64,000 nt of DNA from Eledone cirrhosa (lineage: Eukaryota): the NCBI GenBank assembly GCA_964016885.1, contig OZ024747.1:71920001-71984000 (forward strand), read 5' to 3'. The notes beneath the pieces are model-generated. The model was not told where the DNA came from, did not search any database, and was given only the letters and a program-made list of their open reading frames with translations. A program made the position numbers and the translations under genes. Positions 52,700 through 64,000 of the stretch are shown piece after piece (the stretch's first letter is position 1; each line of letters starts with the position of its first letter).

Positions 52700-54232
52700 T
52701 TAGTTCCATATAGGGGTTTTAATCAAAAATGTTTCGTGTAATGGTTTTATAAAATGATAGTCCTTGATTTTACAGTATGGACATTCTATTATATGGCTGT
52801 ACTCACTGTAGTAAGGTAGACCCGTAGTAACATCAACTACAGCTCTACAGCAGTGTCTGCAGGTTAAACGTTTCGGGCAACATGGCATTGCAGCAAATAT
52901 ATCGTAAGAATACATGGTTCCTAACAGAAGTGTACTCCCATCCCACCTTTTCTTGCAGGCTGAGCATCGTATGTCCGTTTTGCCTTCCAAACAATGAATA
53001 CAGACGGCGTTTAGATATTGAGGTTTTCCATCAAAAACAACCTGAATTTGGTAATGTTGATGGTTGGTGTCAGTAGAATCTCCACTGAAGCTGTTGGAAT
53101 AAGATGTATCTTTTACAGCATTCTTTTGGTAGGGTTCTGGAGAGAGAAACAGAGTTCCGTCTATTAGAGGATAACGATCGAAGACGGGAAGTTCACATTT
53201 GCAGAGAACACATGGTAAGGATCCCATTTTGTGGACACTAAGTGTAGACAGCACGAAGATCCGTGTATCATCGTTTCCATGCGAGCATTCGTCCTCCATC
53301 TTTATATAGTACGGGTTTTGTTTATAACGACGTAGATTTTTAAAAGCAGACAAATCGTTTCTTCGTTTGAATATGCTTCCACTAACCCCATTGCTAGTAT
53401 TACTACTATTTACACCGCTGCCACATATATTTTGGTTGGTATTTCCAGCAACTAAAGAATCTCCGCTTTCAGGCTTGTTGTTTTTCTTAAACTGATTATT
53501 AACATTGTTAGTCTGCGAGGGTGATCCGACTGGAGTAGTTGGAGAACTCGACAAATAAGAAGTTGGTGGACTGGAGCCAGTACTAATACTGTTGGTTCTA
53601 AGTCGGCTACCGTGTGTGCTAGCGTTGTGGTTCGGATTCATTCCGCTTTTACTGGTCATAACAGCAATAGGCTTGTCATTTTTCTTTTTGTGTTTGCGAT
53701 TCTTCTTGGCATTGTCATTCTGCGGTGGTGGGATGTAGTTGAGGTCTTTTCGCAGGTGACCACGGCTGCATCTACAGTCACAGGCTTTGAAAGCCAAATC
53801 ATAGCCTTTTTTTGTCCAGAGGTTTTGCAACCTCTGCTTTTCACTCCAGCTACGGGCTCGACCGCATGATCGAAGGTAAGCCAACACGCCTTGTTCCCAG
53901 GCTTCAAAACATAGTTTGTGCATCCACTGACCAACTGTGCAGTTTTCATTATTGCACACAACTCTAACTGCATCGCACGGATCAGCAGGGTCGATTAAAT
54001 CTTTAATGTCACTGCATCCGTGGGGTACACAACATTGGTTGCTGTTTTGATTATCGTTGGCGCCATGATGACCCTGCTGTTGGTTGTTATAATTATTGTT
54101 GTGTTGATGACCTCCTGCTCCTCCCCCTCCACCCAATCCAATATCTTGGTACTGTTGTTGCTGTTCGTCAATGTTGTTGTTGTGTTCATCCTCACGTGTG
54201 CGGTTATGGCGGTTGTGTTTGTGAGTTGGCAT
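52700..54232 (-). CDS. HECA: Headcase protein homolog, CDS in a single uninterrupted ORF (510 aa)
   Basis: N-terminal CNNENC...WMH...CF...GRARSWSEKQRLQNLWTKKGYDLAFKACDCRCSRGHLRKDL domain and C-terminal Cys-rich FDRYPLIDGTLFLSP...LLLGTMYSYDIFAAMPCC...CPYC...YHFIKP domain; Q/G/N/H low-complexity N-terminus. Confidence 0.95.
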   Translation of the reverse strand: MPTHKHNRHNRTREDEHNNNIDEQQQQYQDIGLGGGGGAGGHQHNNNYNNQQQGHHGANDNQNSNQCCVPHGCSDIKDLIDPADPCDAVRVVCNNENCTVGQWMHKLCFEAWEQGVLAYLRSCGRARSWSEKQRLQNLWTKKGYDLAFKACDCRCSRGHLRKDLNYIPPPQNDNAKKNRKHKKKNDKPIAVMTSKSGMNPNHNASTHGSRLRTNSISTGSSPPTSYLSSSPTTPVGSPSQTNNVNNQFKKNNKPESGDSLVAGNTNQNICGSGVNSSNTSNGVSGSIFKRRNDLSAFKNLRRYKQNPYYIKMEDECSHGNDDTRIFVLSTLSVHKMGSLPCVLCKCELPVFDRYPLIDGTLFLSPEPYQKNAVKDTSYSNSFSGDSTDTNHQHYQIQVVFDGKPQYLNAVCIHCLEGKTDIRCSACKKRWDGSTLLLGTMYSYDIFAAMPCCPKRLTCRHCCRAVVDVTTGLPYYSEYSHIIECPYCKIKDYHFIKPLHETFLIKTPIWN

Positions 54233-56229
54233 TACGCGATGTAAAAGATAGCAGTAGTAGAAAGTGAAATGTTCGTGTTAAGTGTTTAAGCTATTTTTTT
54301 TGTTCCGGATTTTCGTTTTAATAAAGGACTGGCACCTCCACAACAAACAACTACCACCACCATTAACGATGATGCTTAAGTCACGAATAAAACAAACGAC
54401 AATGCTGTCCACACCCACACATACACAACTTTCTCTTCAGTGCTATCTTCCCAAAGCAAAACAAGAATTGGTCGCAGGAAGCAAAGAGATGTGATCGTTG
54501 AATCGAATCCAGTGTTGTTATTTATGAAGAAATATTGAAGTATAAAAAATAAAGCACAGATCGACGTAAATTAATAAGTAATATTCACATCACTTCATTT
54601 ACACTGTATTTGCGAAGGGAATTGCAGGTGTCGTGCGTGCGTGTAGATTTGTATATATATAAATATATACTATGTATGCGTGTTTACACATAAGACTTAC
54701 ACGGCTCCAGCAGGGGGGAGGGCGAACTAGTCAAACAAGTAGTAGTAGATAGTGAGGTGACAGTGCGGATGGTGATGCTGGGTAGTGGTGTGACCAAAGC
54801 ATTTCCAAATAAATTTGCGGTTTATCTTCGCCTTTTTTTTCACATTACTTTACGAAATAGAAACCAAAGAAATCAAAATTACCAAAATATTTCTCTCCAC
54901 ACTTGATAGTAATTTTCCTTGGGTGAGGACTGAACGAAAGAAAAGTAAAATGTGTAAGCTGGTAGTATTTTTTTACGCATTGAATAACCTGCTCAGCCGT
55001 ATATTTTTTCCATCTCCATAACTTGGATGTCAGCAACGTTTGTGGATTTGTGTTAGAGAGAAGACTATGATAGGGGTGAGGGTAGTACCACGTCGAGTAG
55101 AAGAGAAGTTACAGAGTAGCAAAAGTAGTAGTTATAGTAGCAGGAGTAAGGATATGAGTATAAGTTATCAAACCACGCCTCGTCGGCCAACTGTCTCCGC
55201 TTATCATTGGTTGGAAGGAATATTAAAATCATTTCGTTCGCTTTATATTTTGTGTTATATATATTGTTATTGCTTTATTTATATAAGGTTTGATTGACAC
55301 ACTTGCCGTAGTCTTGGCGCGTGCGAGACGTGTAAATAGGCTTTAAATGTATGGTTTACAAATACACAAACATTTGCTCACTAAAATGTTTACACAGACG
55401 CAGACATAAACATGCAGTGTCATATGTGATATAAGTTGAAAAACTTCGATTAACTGAGATTACCCATGCGATTAGTGGACTAAAACTTCCTCTAAGAGCG
55501 GGCTTAAAATCTAAAAGCAACAAGCGAATGAGATAACTCCAATAAAATCAATTGACTGAAATTTTGGAAAATATAAATGAAAAGCGCAGTCTGATTGAAT
55601 CTGGTCCTTAAACCAACTTGGTGAAAGCAACAGACATGTTTTCACCTTATCAAACCTCCTCAGCAAAGCATTCTACCCAAGCATCAATATATATAATAAT
55701 TGTTTCTACTTTAGACACAAGGCCAGCAATTACTGGTACTTTATTTTATCGACCTCGTAAGGATGAAAGGCAAAGTTAACCTCGGCGGGATTAGAAGAAA
55801 TGTAGTGATGCTAATTATGAATATCAACACTGACTGGAATGTGTTTCAAGAGAGACTGTTCTGCATACTAAATATAAATATAGGAAACAACCATGCTGAA
55901 ACTTCAAAATTACTGTTACTTTTCTTCTGAGAAAATAACATTTACACTCTACCCACAAATATTGAGTACTCATTCAGTTAATGTTTGAATTTATAGGGTA
56001 CTGCGGTATTCTAAACGCCCATATAAGTAATATATTGATTTAAATAACTTCACTCAACTAAGGTTAACTTTATAGTATTTGTTGGTGTTATCTCTGATCC
56101 AGGTGTCGTATGATCAAAGTAATTCTGTAAACATTATAGTCTGCTTCAGACAAACGTTTCTTCCAATCCATACCACTATGGAAAGAAAAAAAAGAGAAAA
56201 ACAATGATGATGACAGTATATCTAGACGC

Positions 56230-56540
56230 TTATTCTCAGATCTTGAATAATCATCCCCGTCCCCTACTTATTAATTTTTCGAACCCCCTCCCGCTCATCG
56301 CTTATTAAATTTTGCTAATCTATCTCTGGCGAAATTTTATTGTAAGTGATTCATATTGATACAGCAACTGGAAAATAATAATATAATTTTACATTAAAAA
56401 AACATATATGACAAAAAAGAACATTAGAACATACACCATTCAATTACCGATCCCAAACCCCCGCCTATAACAATTTAAGCAAATGTCCACCACTCCCGCT
56501 TACCCCTCCTTCCTCTCACATTGTTTGGGACCCAAGAGTA
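56230..56540. mobile_element. Probable MITE / DNA transposon relic (related copy at ~14240-14480)
   Basis: Shared cttattaatttttc..gcttattaaattttgctaatctatct block; imperfect termini ending in agagta. Confidence 0.5.
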
Positions 56541-59500
56541 CCTGCTGCAAAACTTAGAATGACTTAGTTCATAAAATATATTCTTACAAGATATTTAATC
56601 TATTGACTTACATAGAACATACCACTGTGTTGTGTTACATATCAATGATTAAATATTCACTGCCTTTGTGGCAGATAAACAATTGTTTCCATTCAAATGC
56701 TTTAGTGCAGAAACATATGTAAGCAAGATGTGAGCCCCCAGCCTATCTGAGAGATTAGTAACTAACGTAGTCTTTGATGAGCAAGGGAATTGGGCGTTAG
56801 ATGATGACAATAATGATGATAATGTTGCATGTTTCTAATGACTAACAAAATTTTAGTTTTATAAACAAGTTGGAAGATATGTACAACCATGTAAGAAGAC
56901 TTAAAGGATCGATCAGTCAGAGTTGACTTGTTTGGAAAGCAGATTTAAGACATTTGCTTTTCAAACAAATCAAATACGATTGAGCCTTTAAGTCTCTCAT
57001 AGAGATACTCCCTTGATAATGGGTTTTTAAACTCAAAAATATTTAGGATTATTACATTTAAAAAAAAATGTTTGCCTTGTACTGCCTTGCAAAATTACTC
57101 TTGGAGGCCATGCCTCCAGGACTGTTTGGCACATTGTGTAATAAGGTTCTGCCATTTTAGAGGATTAGTCGTGTTCATTTCCATATCTTTCTGCTTGATG
57201 TTCATCTCCTGTACTGCAGCTCTTGGAATGTTCTGTGCTAGGTTTTCTTTAATTTATCTCTCTATTGTACAGGGGGTAAGGGAAGCATAGCTCACCTACT
57301 TTACAGGATGTCCCACGGTTGATCTTGTCCAGAATGGGGTATATCCGGATCCGTGAGTGCCCTACCCATCAAACCTCTGGCCAGAATGTATAAATATATA
57401 ATGCCAGTGCAGATGGCGAAAACACGTCCTCCCAACCAACTGATAACGTAAAAAGCACACCATGCTCTAGCTGCTTCTTCTTTTGTGATGTCACTTGGCC
57501 TTCTACTTCTGGCAAAGTCCTCTAGCCCTATGACATCACTGACCCTTATACTTCCAGCAAGCATCCCCCCCCTAACCCCACAATCTCTCATCTGTTTACT
57601 CCTTGGTGTGGGTCAAAATAGTTACCACTTTTGCATGGGTGGTGTCTGAGAGCTGTAGAATATATCAAGCCCTTCATAACTGGTATCCTGCCACCTTACT
57701 CTGCAATGGTTGAAAGTTGGGCCTTCATGTGATTTCTTCTTGTTATCCGAACACGTAAGATGATTTTATGGATGTTGTACAGACACCAGTGATGGAAAAC
57801 ATCAAATCTCTTGGTGACTATTATTGTCATCCCCAAAGACTTGCTCCCATATGATGCCATTAGTAGTATAATAATAATGCTTTCTTTATTAACCACAAGG
57901 GTTATAATAGTAGTATAATAATAATGAAATTATTGTGTACAGTGCTCAGGTGCACTACAACTCATCAAAGGTGCATGCATAGTACATAGAATAATGTACG
58001 AATGTCAGGGAAGTGAATAGTGTACGTGTCATGATATACATATGATACAGGCATATCTTCATGGCAATGCTAATTGTTGTTGTTGTCCAGATAGGTCTTG
58101 TGCATTGAGAGACTGTATACACTCATATATAAATTACACAGTTAAATAAATCTCACCTCTGTTTTACATACAACATGTACTTGACTCACATATAAGTTGC
58201 TGGCTATGCTTATCAACAACGCTTGGCTAAAATTTCCATAGAAACTTTCAAAACAAGACATTAATTTTTTTTTTTTCCTGGATTAAATATAATAAAGCAC
58301 GTAAAGAGATCCTTTGATAGGATCTTCATAAATTAATCCTATGTTAGGTGGATGGATGGATGGTCCTGTAACTTCTGAGGGAATCATAGGAGAGGTGTAT
58401 TGACATATGGCATTTCTAGCGCATTTTTTAAAAACCTGGCGGAGCCTATCCCTCTCCAGGTTTGAATACAGCAAATTTCTTTCAGAGAAGGACAGAGAGT
58501 GAGATAATGGATGTGAGAAAGATATATAGAGGAAGAATCAACCCCAATACTTGAATGTTACTTTTTTATCGACCTCAAATGGATGAAAGACAAAGTTGAC
58601 CTTGACGGGATTTGAACTCGGAGAACAGAAAGCCGAAATGAATACAACAAAGCATTCTATCCAACATTCTAACGACTCTACCAATTCGCCACCTAAGCCC
58701 ATGTTAATGCACTTTTAATTCTCTAACTTTAATAATTCAGTTTTAATTATTTAATCACATGCAGCAACATCTTTTATTAAAATGTTATCACACGTAATAA
58801 CAAAATAACGATACACTCCAGTTCTCCCAGCATGTACAAACTCTGTCCTCAATATTTTAATTATAACAAATACAATGGAAGCATTTCAAGGGGAACAAAT
58901 TATATATTTAACTACTTTCTAATCTTGTCAATAAGGGATTTAGAATTTATAATATTTATCATTATATTTTTATTGTTGACTAACAAATAAAGGATTAAAG
59001 TGTACTATTATGGTATGAAGTTAAATAATAAAATCAATATTTTATAGACTGCAAGCTATTAAGGGAAATATTAAATGCTACATAAAATGCCATAATGTAA
59101 TGTTTGAACAGAAATGTATTCTTATGTTATATATATTTATTTATTCACCAAATCTTAATTATCTGTAAAAATGTCAGGATGCTCTTTAAAGTGAACTACT
59201 TAAAGTACTTTCAACTAACATGAAATGGCTGTTTTTGGAAATTACAATCATCATCATTGTTTAATGTCTGCTTTCAATGATGATGATGATGATTGTACAA
59301 TCTTCCATGTATTTTGAATTAAAGATTTGTAGATTCAGTACATAAGTTGTAAACAAGGTTTTCATATCACATTTTTATGAGAAAATCCTGTAATTATTTG
59401 GTAGAAAATATCTAAAAATAGGTTTGTTAAATTGTGAAAATTTGCAGTATTTGTGTAAAGACTTCAATTTTTAATGCAGGGACTCTTCAGTTGTGTCAAG

Positions 59501-60409
59501 AGTACAACAACTACTCTGGTGTTAGTTATTTACACAATGAACACACACAATACACTTTGTAAAGTGGTTGATGATAGGAAGAGCATCCAGTCATAGTAAA
59601 CTTGTCAAACATAGGGTTGAGAGGACCATTCAGTAGTGTCAAAAACATGACAAACTCCCTAGTGCTGTTGCCACAATAAAAATCACTTAGTACACTTTGT
59701 AAAGTATGGGAACATACATAAGCGAGAGGCACCCCTGGCCCCACTGAGATGTCAGTGGCTCCAACTATGTACTGAGTTGGTTTTTGATAACCCGTCCAAC
59801 CTATGTTAGCAGGGTAAATGAACCTTAAATGATGATGATCATTATATATGTGGTTTTGTGTTATTTGCATTGGGGGTACAAGACAATAGCAGAATATTGT
59901 TATAATAAGTGGTTGAATCACCATGGGATTCAAACATTTTTGTTGCTGTTGCTATATATCTATAAATACTTTGTTAGCTGCTATCTAAAACAGTTCTATC
60001 AGTAAAACGTTTAGTGAATTAAAGCCTTCTTTCAACAAGCTTATCTTTTGGGTTATTTTCACTCATGTATATATACTTGCTCATATGTTCCATTTTAGGT
60101 GTGGTTTTGACAGCTGAATGTTTTTTCTAATAAATACCAAGCACAAGCACACTGTCTATATATCAGTATTTTGCAAACTTTTCTTATTAGTGACACTTGT
60201 TTTGCAAATAAAGGTTTTCATTATGCACTAATTAATTTCTGTTAACAAAGGCAAAAACAGTGCAAAATGTAAACAAAAAGGTGACAGCAGGATGTTATCA
60301 TCTATCTTACTAAAACGGCAGTCTTTGTTAAGTTTACTCTCTGTCCTTTTGATTCTAGATTTTGTTTCCATGCCTCAAAATTCTTCCTTAGATCTCTCTC
60401 TCTCTCTCT

Positions 60410-60472
<63 letters not shown>

Positions 60473-60882
60473 TAGTCAGTAAATAACATGTTCTCTGCTC
60501 CCTGTACTCGCATTCACAGACCTTTCCTTGACACGGATTCTTTAATCTTCCGATAAGATACATACCTATTTAAATACATACTAGATGTAAAATATAAATA
60601 TTCTTCCTCATGCTTCTATTATTATTATTATTACCATGCTTTGTGGTCCCTTTATTTTCTGAGTTCAAATCCCACTGAGGTTAGCTTTGCCTTTCATCCT
60701 TACGAGGGGTTCGATAAAAGAAAGCACCAGTCATGTACTGGGGTCAATTTAATCGACTTTCCCCTCTGCCAAAATTGCTAGCCTTATACCTAAAGTAGAA
60801 ATCATTATTATTATCCTTCGAGGAGGAAGGGCAGGCAGTTTTCATCTGCCTGGTGGCCATGGCAAAAGAGATTGTGGTGGAC

Positions 60883-60914
<32 letters not shown>

Positions 60915-61525
60915 AATTATTGTGTACAGTGCTCAGGTGCACTACAACTCATCAAAGGTGCATGTATAGTACATAGAATAATGTACAAATGTCAGGAAAA
61001 TGAACAGTGTACGAGTCATGATATAATAACAATAACAATAATGAAATATTGTGTACAGTGCCCAGGTGCACCACAACTCATCAAAAAAGTGCATGTACAG
61101 TACATAGGGCAATGCACAAACATCAGTAAAATGAACAGTGCACGAGTCATGATACACACGTGTGCATGTGTATGGAAGGGGTACATCAGGTGTAGTTTTG
61201 GCGTATTTCGGGAAGCATGAGTGTCTTAAAGGATGCAGTGTCTCGGCAGCTAACAATTGACACAAGCAGTTTGTTCCATGCTTCAGCAACTCTGAGCGTG
61301 AAAAAATGTCTACGAAAGTCATGGGAGCTGTGCTGTTTTCTGATCTTGTAGGCATGTCCACGTGTGTTAGACACATGGAGATCAAAGAGGCGCTCAGGGT
61401 TGCAATTGGCGAGATGGTTAAAAACTTTGTGGGTATTTACCAAGTCCATTGCCAGACGTCGGAGCTTCAATGAATCCATGCCCAGGGAAGCAAGGCGTTC
61501 AGAGTATGGTAGGTGTCTGATGGAG
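60883..61525 (-). mobile_element. 5'-truncated CR1/L2-type LINE 3' end, same subfamily as 18421-20290
   Basis: Near-identical to ~19662-20290, including the doubled 3' UTR; (AAT)n tail. Confidence 0.93.
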
Positions 61526-61855
61526 TTGAAAGGGTTAAAGACAGACACTTTCCTCTTCGGCGAATCCCTAATTAACTTTTTCAAGTTTCACTTGAAGAGG
61601 AAAATCAGGGTGGAGAGGCAAGTGCTACTTTCTAGCAAGTTTGTTGAAAGGTGGGTGAATGTAGCGAGAATAGTCCGAGTGAACGGGACCGCTCTGAATA
61701 TACGCCTGTAGTTTGAGAAATGGAAAAATTGAGAAAGGGTCCTGGTGGTTAGGGTGGCTGTGGTCTTTTGTGTGGTTTTCGCCACGTGTAACCCTCGGAG
61801 GTTTCCCCCCTATTGGGGAATTTTTCATTGTTTCAATTTTCATTTTTATTGTTTA
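61526..61855 (+). mobile_element. Probable L1/Tx1-like ORF2 C-terminus and 3' UTR (appears to continue at ~63791-63940)
   Basis: Open frame LKGLKTDTFLFGESLINFFKFHLKRKIRVERQVLLSSKFVERW...*; the distal piece ends cccttgtggccAATAAAgaaa. Confidence 0.5.
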
Positions 61856-63790
61856 TCATCATCATCAGGTTTAGCGTCCGTGTTCCACGCTTGCATGGGT
61901 TTGGACGGGGGTTTTCCCACTTGAGGCAAGAGTGGTTGTCTTGCTCGCATAGGACTGTCTGGCGGGTTTGCTACAGTTGGATGCCCTTCCTAACACCAAC
62001 CACATTTACAGTGTGGGGCTGGGAGGTTTTTACCGTGTTGCCTACACGGCCACATTACAGCGTGGACTGTCTGGCGGGTTTTCTACAGCTGGATGCCCTT
62101 CCTAACACCAACCACATTCACAGTGTGGGGCTGGGAGGTTTTTACCGTGTTGCCTACACGGCCACATTTACAGCGTGGACTGTGTGTTTTTTTTGTCGTG
62201 ACACCTACACGATCTCATTTGTTTCGGCCTGGATGTTGTGGGACCAACATAACTGTACATTGAAAGGGGCGGTGTGGATGGGGTGGAGGTGGTGGGACGG
62301 GGGGGTGTTTTGATAGAGATGCCTACTGACTGTAGTAGGTTTTTACTTTGTATTTAGGTAAGGCGGGTCTTCTCTATTACTGAGTACCGCCAAAGGTCTC
62401 GGTCCAGTGACATTGTCTTGGAGAGGTGTAAGCGTGTGAGGTCGGAATTTATCAGCTCGTCCCATGTTTTTCTGGGTCTGCCTACTCCGTGGCTACCGTC
62501 TATCTTTATTGCCCTGCACTTTGTTATACAGCTGTCGTCTTTCATGCGCATCATGTGACCGTACCAACGTAGCCTTCTCTCGAGTAAACAACATCTGATC
62601 CCTCTTATTTCTAATTTTTTCCTTAGTTCGTTTATGCTTTGCCGTTCACGTATATTACTATTGCACATCCAGCGGAGCATGCAAGCTTCGTTCCTCTCTA
62701 GTCTGCGTATATCCTCTGCACACAATGCCCAGGTCTCACTGCCATGCAGCATTGCTGTTCGTATGCAGGCATCGTATAACCTGCCTTTCATTTTTAGGGA
62801 GAACCCTCTAGCGGCTAATAGTGGTATAAGCTCTCTGAACTTTTTCCATCCAGTTCTGACTCTAGCTACTGTACTTTCAGAGCACCCTCCCCCACTGCTG
62901 ATTTTGTCACCCAGGTAACGGAAGCTGTCCACTATTTCTATAGAACCCTCTGCGCAGTTGAAGGAGCTAGTATTTTGTGGGCACTTGCTGCTACTTATTG
63001 CACCAGAGCACCGGCCACATGTAAAATCTATGTTCTTAGTTAGCTTACCTGTGATCCCACTACATCTTTTATGCACCCATACTTTGCATTTGGGACATAA
63101 AATGGAGTTTCTACCTACGCCTTTCCTACACACTCAGCATGGCCATTTCCCAGATGGGACTGCCGCCATATTTTCTTTCCTACAAACTAGAACTTTTGTC
63201 TTAGCCAGGTTAATTTTAAGGCCTTTTGATTCTAGGCCGTGCTTCCATGTTTGGAATTTCTTCTCTAGTTCGGTCATTGATTCAGCTATGAGCGTTAGAT
63301 CATCTGCGTATAGGAGTTCCCATGGGCAGCCGGTCTTGAACTCCTCTGTTATAGCCTGAAGGGCAATAATAAATAGTAGGGGGCTAAGAACAGAGCCCTG
63401 ATGGACACCAACTTTTACGCTAAACTCTTCACTATATTCGTTGTTAATTCTAACCTTACTGACTGTTTCTTTATACATGGCTTGTATAGCTCTCACAAGC
63501 CATTCGTCAACACCTAGTTTTCTAAGAGACCACCAGATAATGGAACGGGGGACTCTGTCGAAGGCTTTCTCCAAGTTGACGAAAGCTAAGTATAGGGGTT
63601 TACTTTTAGCTAGGTACTTCTCCTGTAGTTGTCGTACAATGAAAAGAGCGTCTGTGGTACTTTTGCCTGACACAAACCCGAACTGCATTTCATCTAGATC
63701 AATTCTCTCTCTGATTAGTTGCGCTATTACTTTTTCCGTGACCTTCATGACCTGGTCGATTAATTTAATGCCTCTATAGTTACTCCTATC
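61856..63790 (-). mobile_element. 5'-truncated RTE LINE; RT ORF broken by a single nonsense codon at 63134-63136
   Basis: [47 protein letters not shown]; TGA here corresponds to TCA in the 20360-21870 copy; (GAT)n tail. Confidence 0.95.
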
Positions 63791-64000
63791 TATATATATA
63801 TATATATATATGTTTCTATGTCTTTTTTTTCTTTTCTTATATAAATAAAAATCTTTACACGCACAAAACCCACATCGTACCGTCCTGTACCGTCTGTAAT
63901 GTTTTTCTTGATGTCAGCCCTTGTGGCCAATAAAGAAATCATTATTATTATTACTACTACTATTATTATCATCATGCTTTGTGGCCCCTTTACTTTCTGA

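Noticed and set aside
52882-54244. Short overlapping or antisense ORFs within headcase
   Set aside because: Shadow frames of the real CDS with no recognisable domains
60617-64000. Large target-site or segmental duplication (catgctttgtgg.ccctttat/c.tttctga at ~60635 and ~63973)
   Set aside because: The match is within a SINE-derived segment and is cut by the window edge, so it cannot be distinguished from independent SINE copies

Overview
Eukaryotic, very AT-rich, repeat-dense genomic DNA. The microsatellite load, the tRNA-derived SINEs and the RTE/CR1 LINEs suggest a coleoid cephalopod (octopus-like); that assignment is inference. Two protein-coding genes are well supported, both on the minus strand. 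(1) MAPK15/ERK7-8: 13 coding exons from ATG 35598 to TGA 6337, reconstructed by hand with GT-AG junctions and consistent phases (1674 nt, 557 aa; TEY activation loop, HRDQK catalytic loop). (2) A headcase/HECA homologue with an uninterrupted 510-codon ORF (52700..54232). The rest is layered mobile DNA: young CR1/L2-type and RTE LINE copies, older R4/Dong, CRE, Penelope-like and L1/Tx1-like remnants, a Helitron helicase relic, mariner derivatives, MITEs and many SINEs. There is no prokaryotic system and no CRISPR array. I cannot demonstrate a new biological system from sequence alone. The best leads are a ~97%-identical inverted pair bracketing the in-frame MAPK15 exon 3-4 block, a 68-codon open frame directly after the headcase UAA stop, a pre-miRNA-sized hairpin at 46224..46306, RFX X-box-like motifs at the MAPK15 promoter, and chimeric retroelement insertions.
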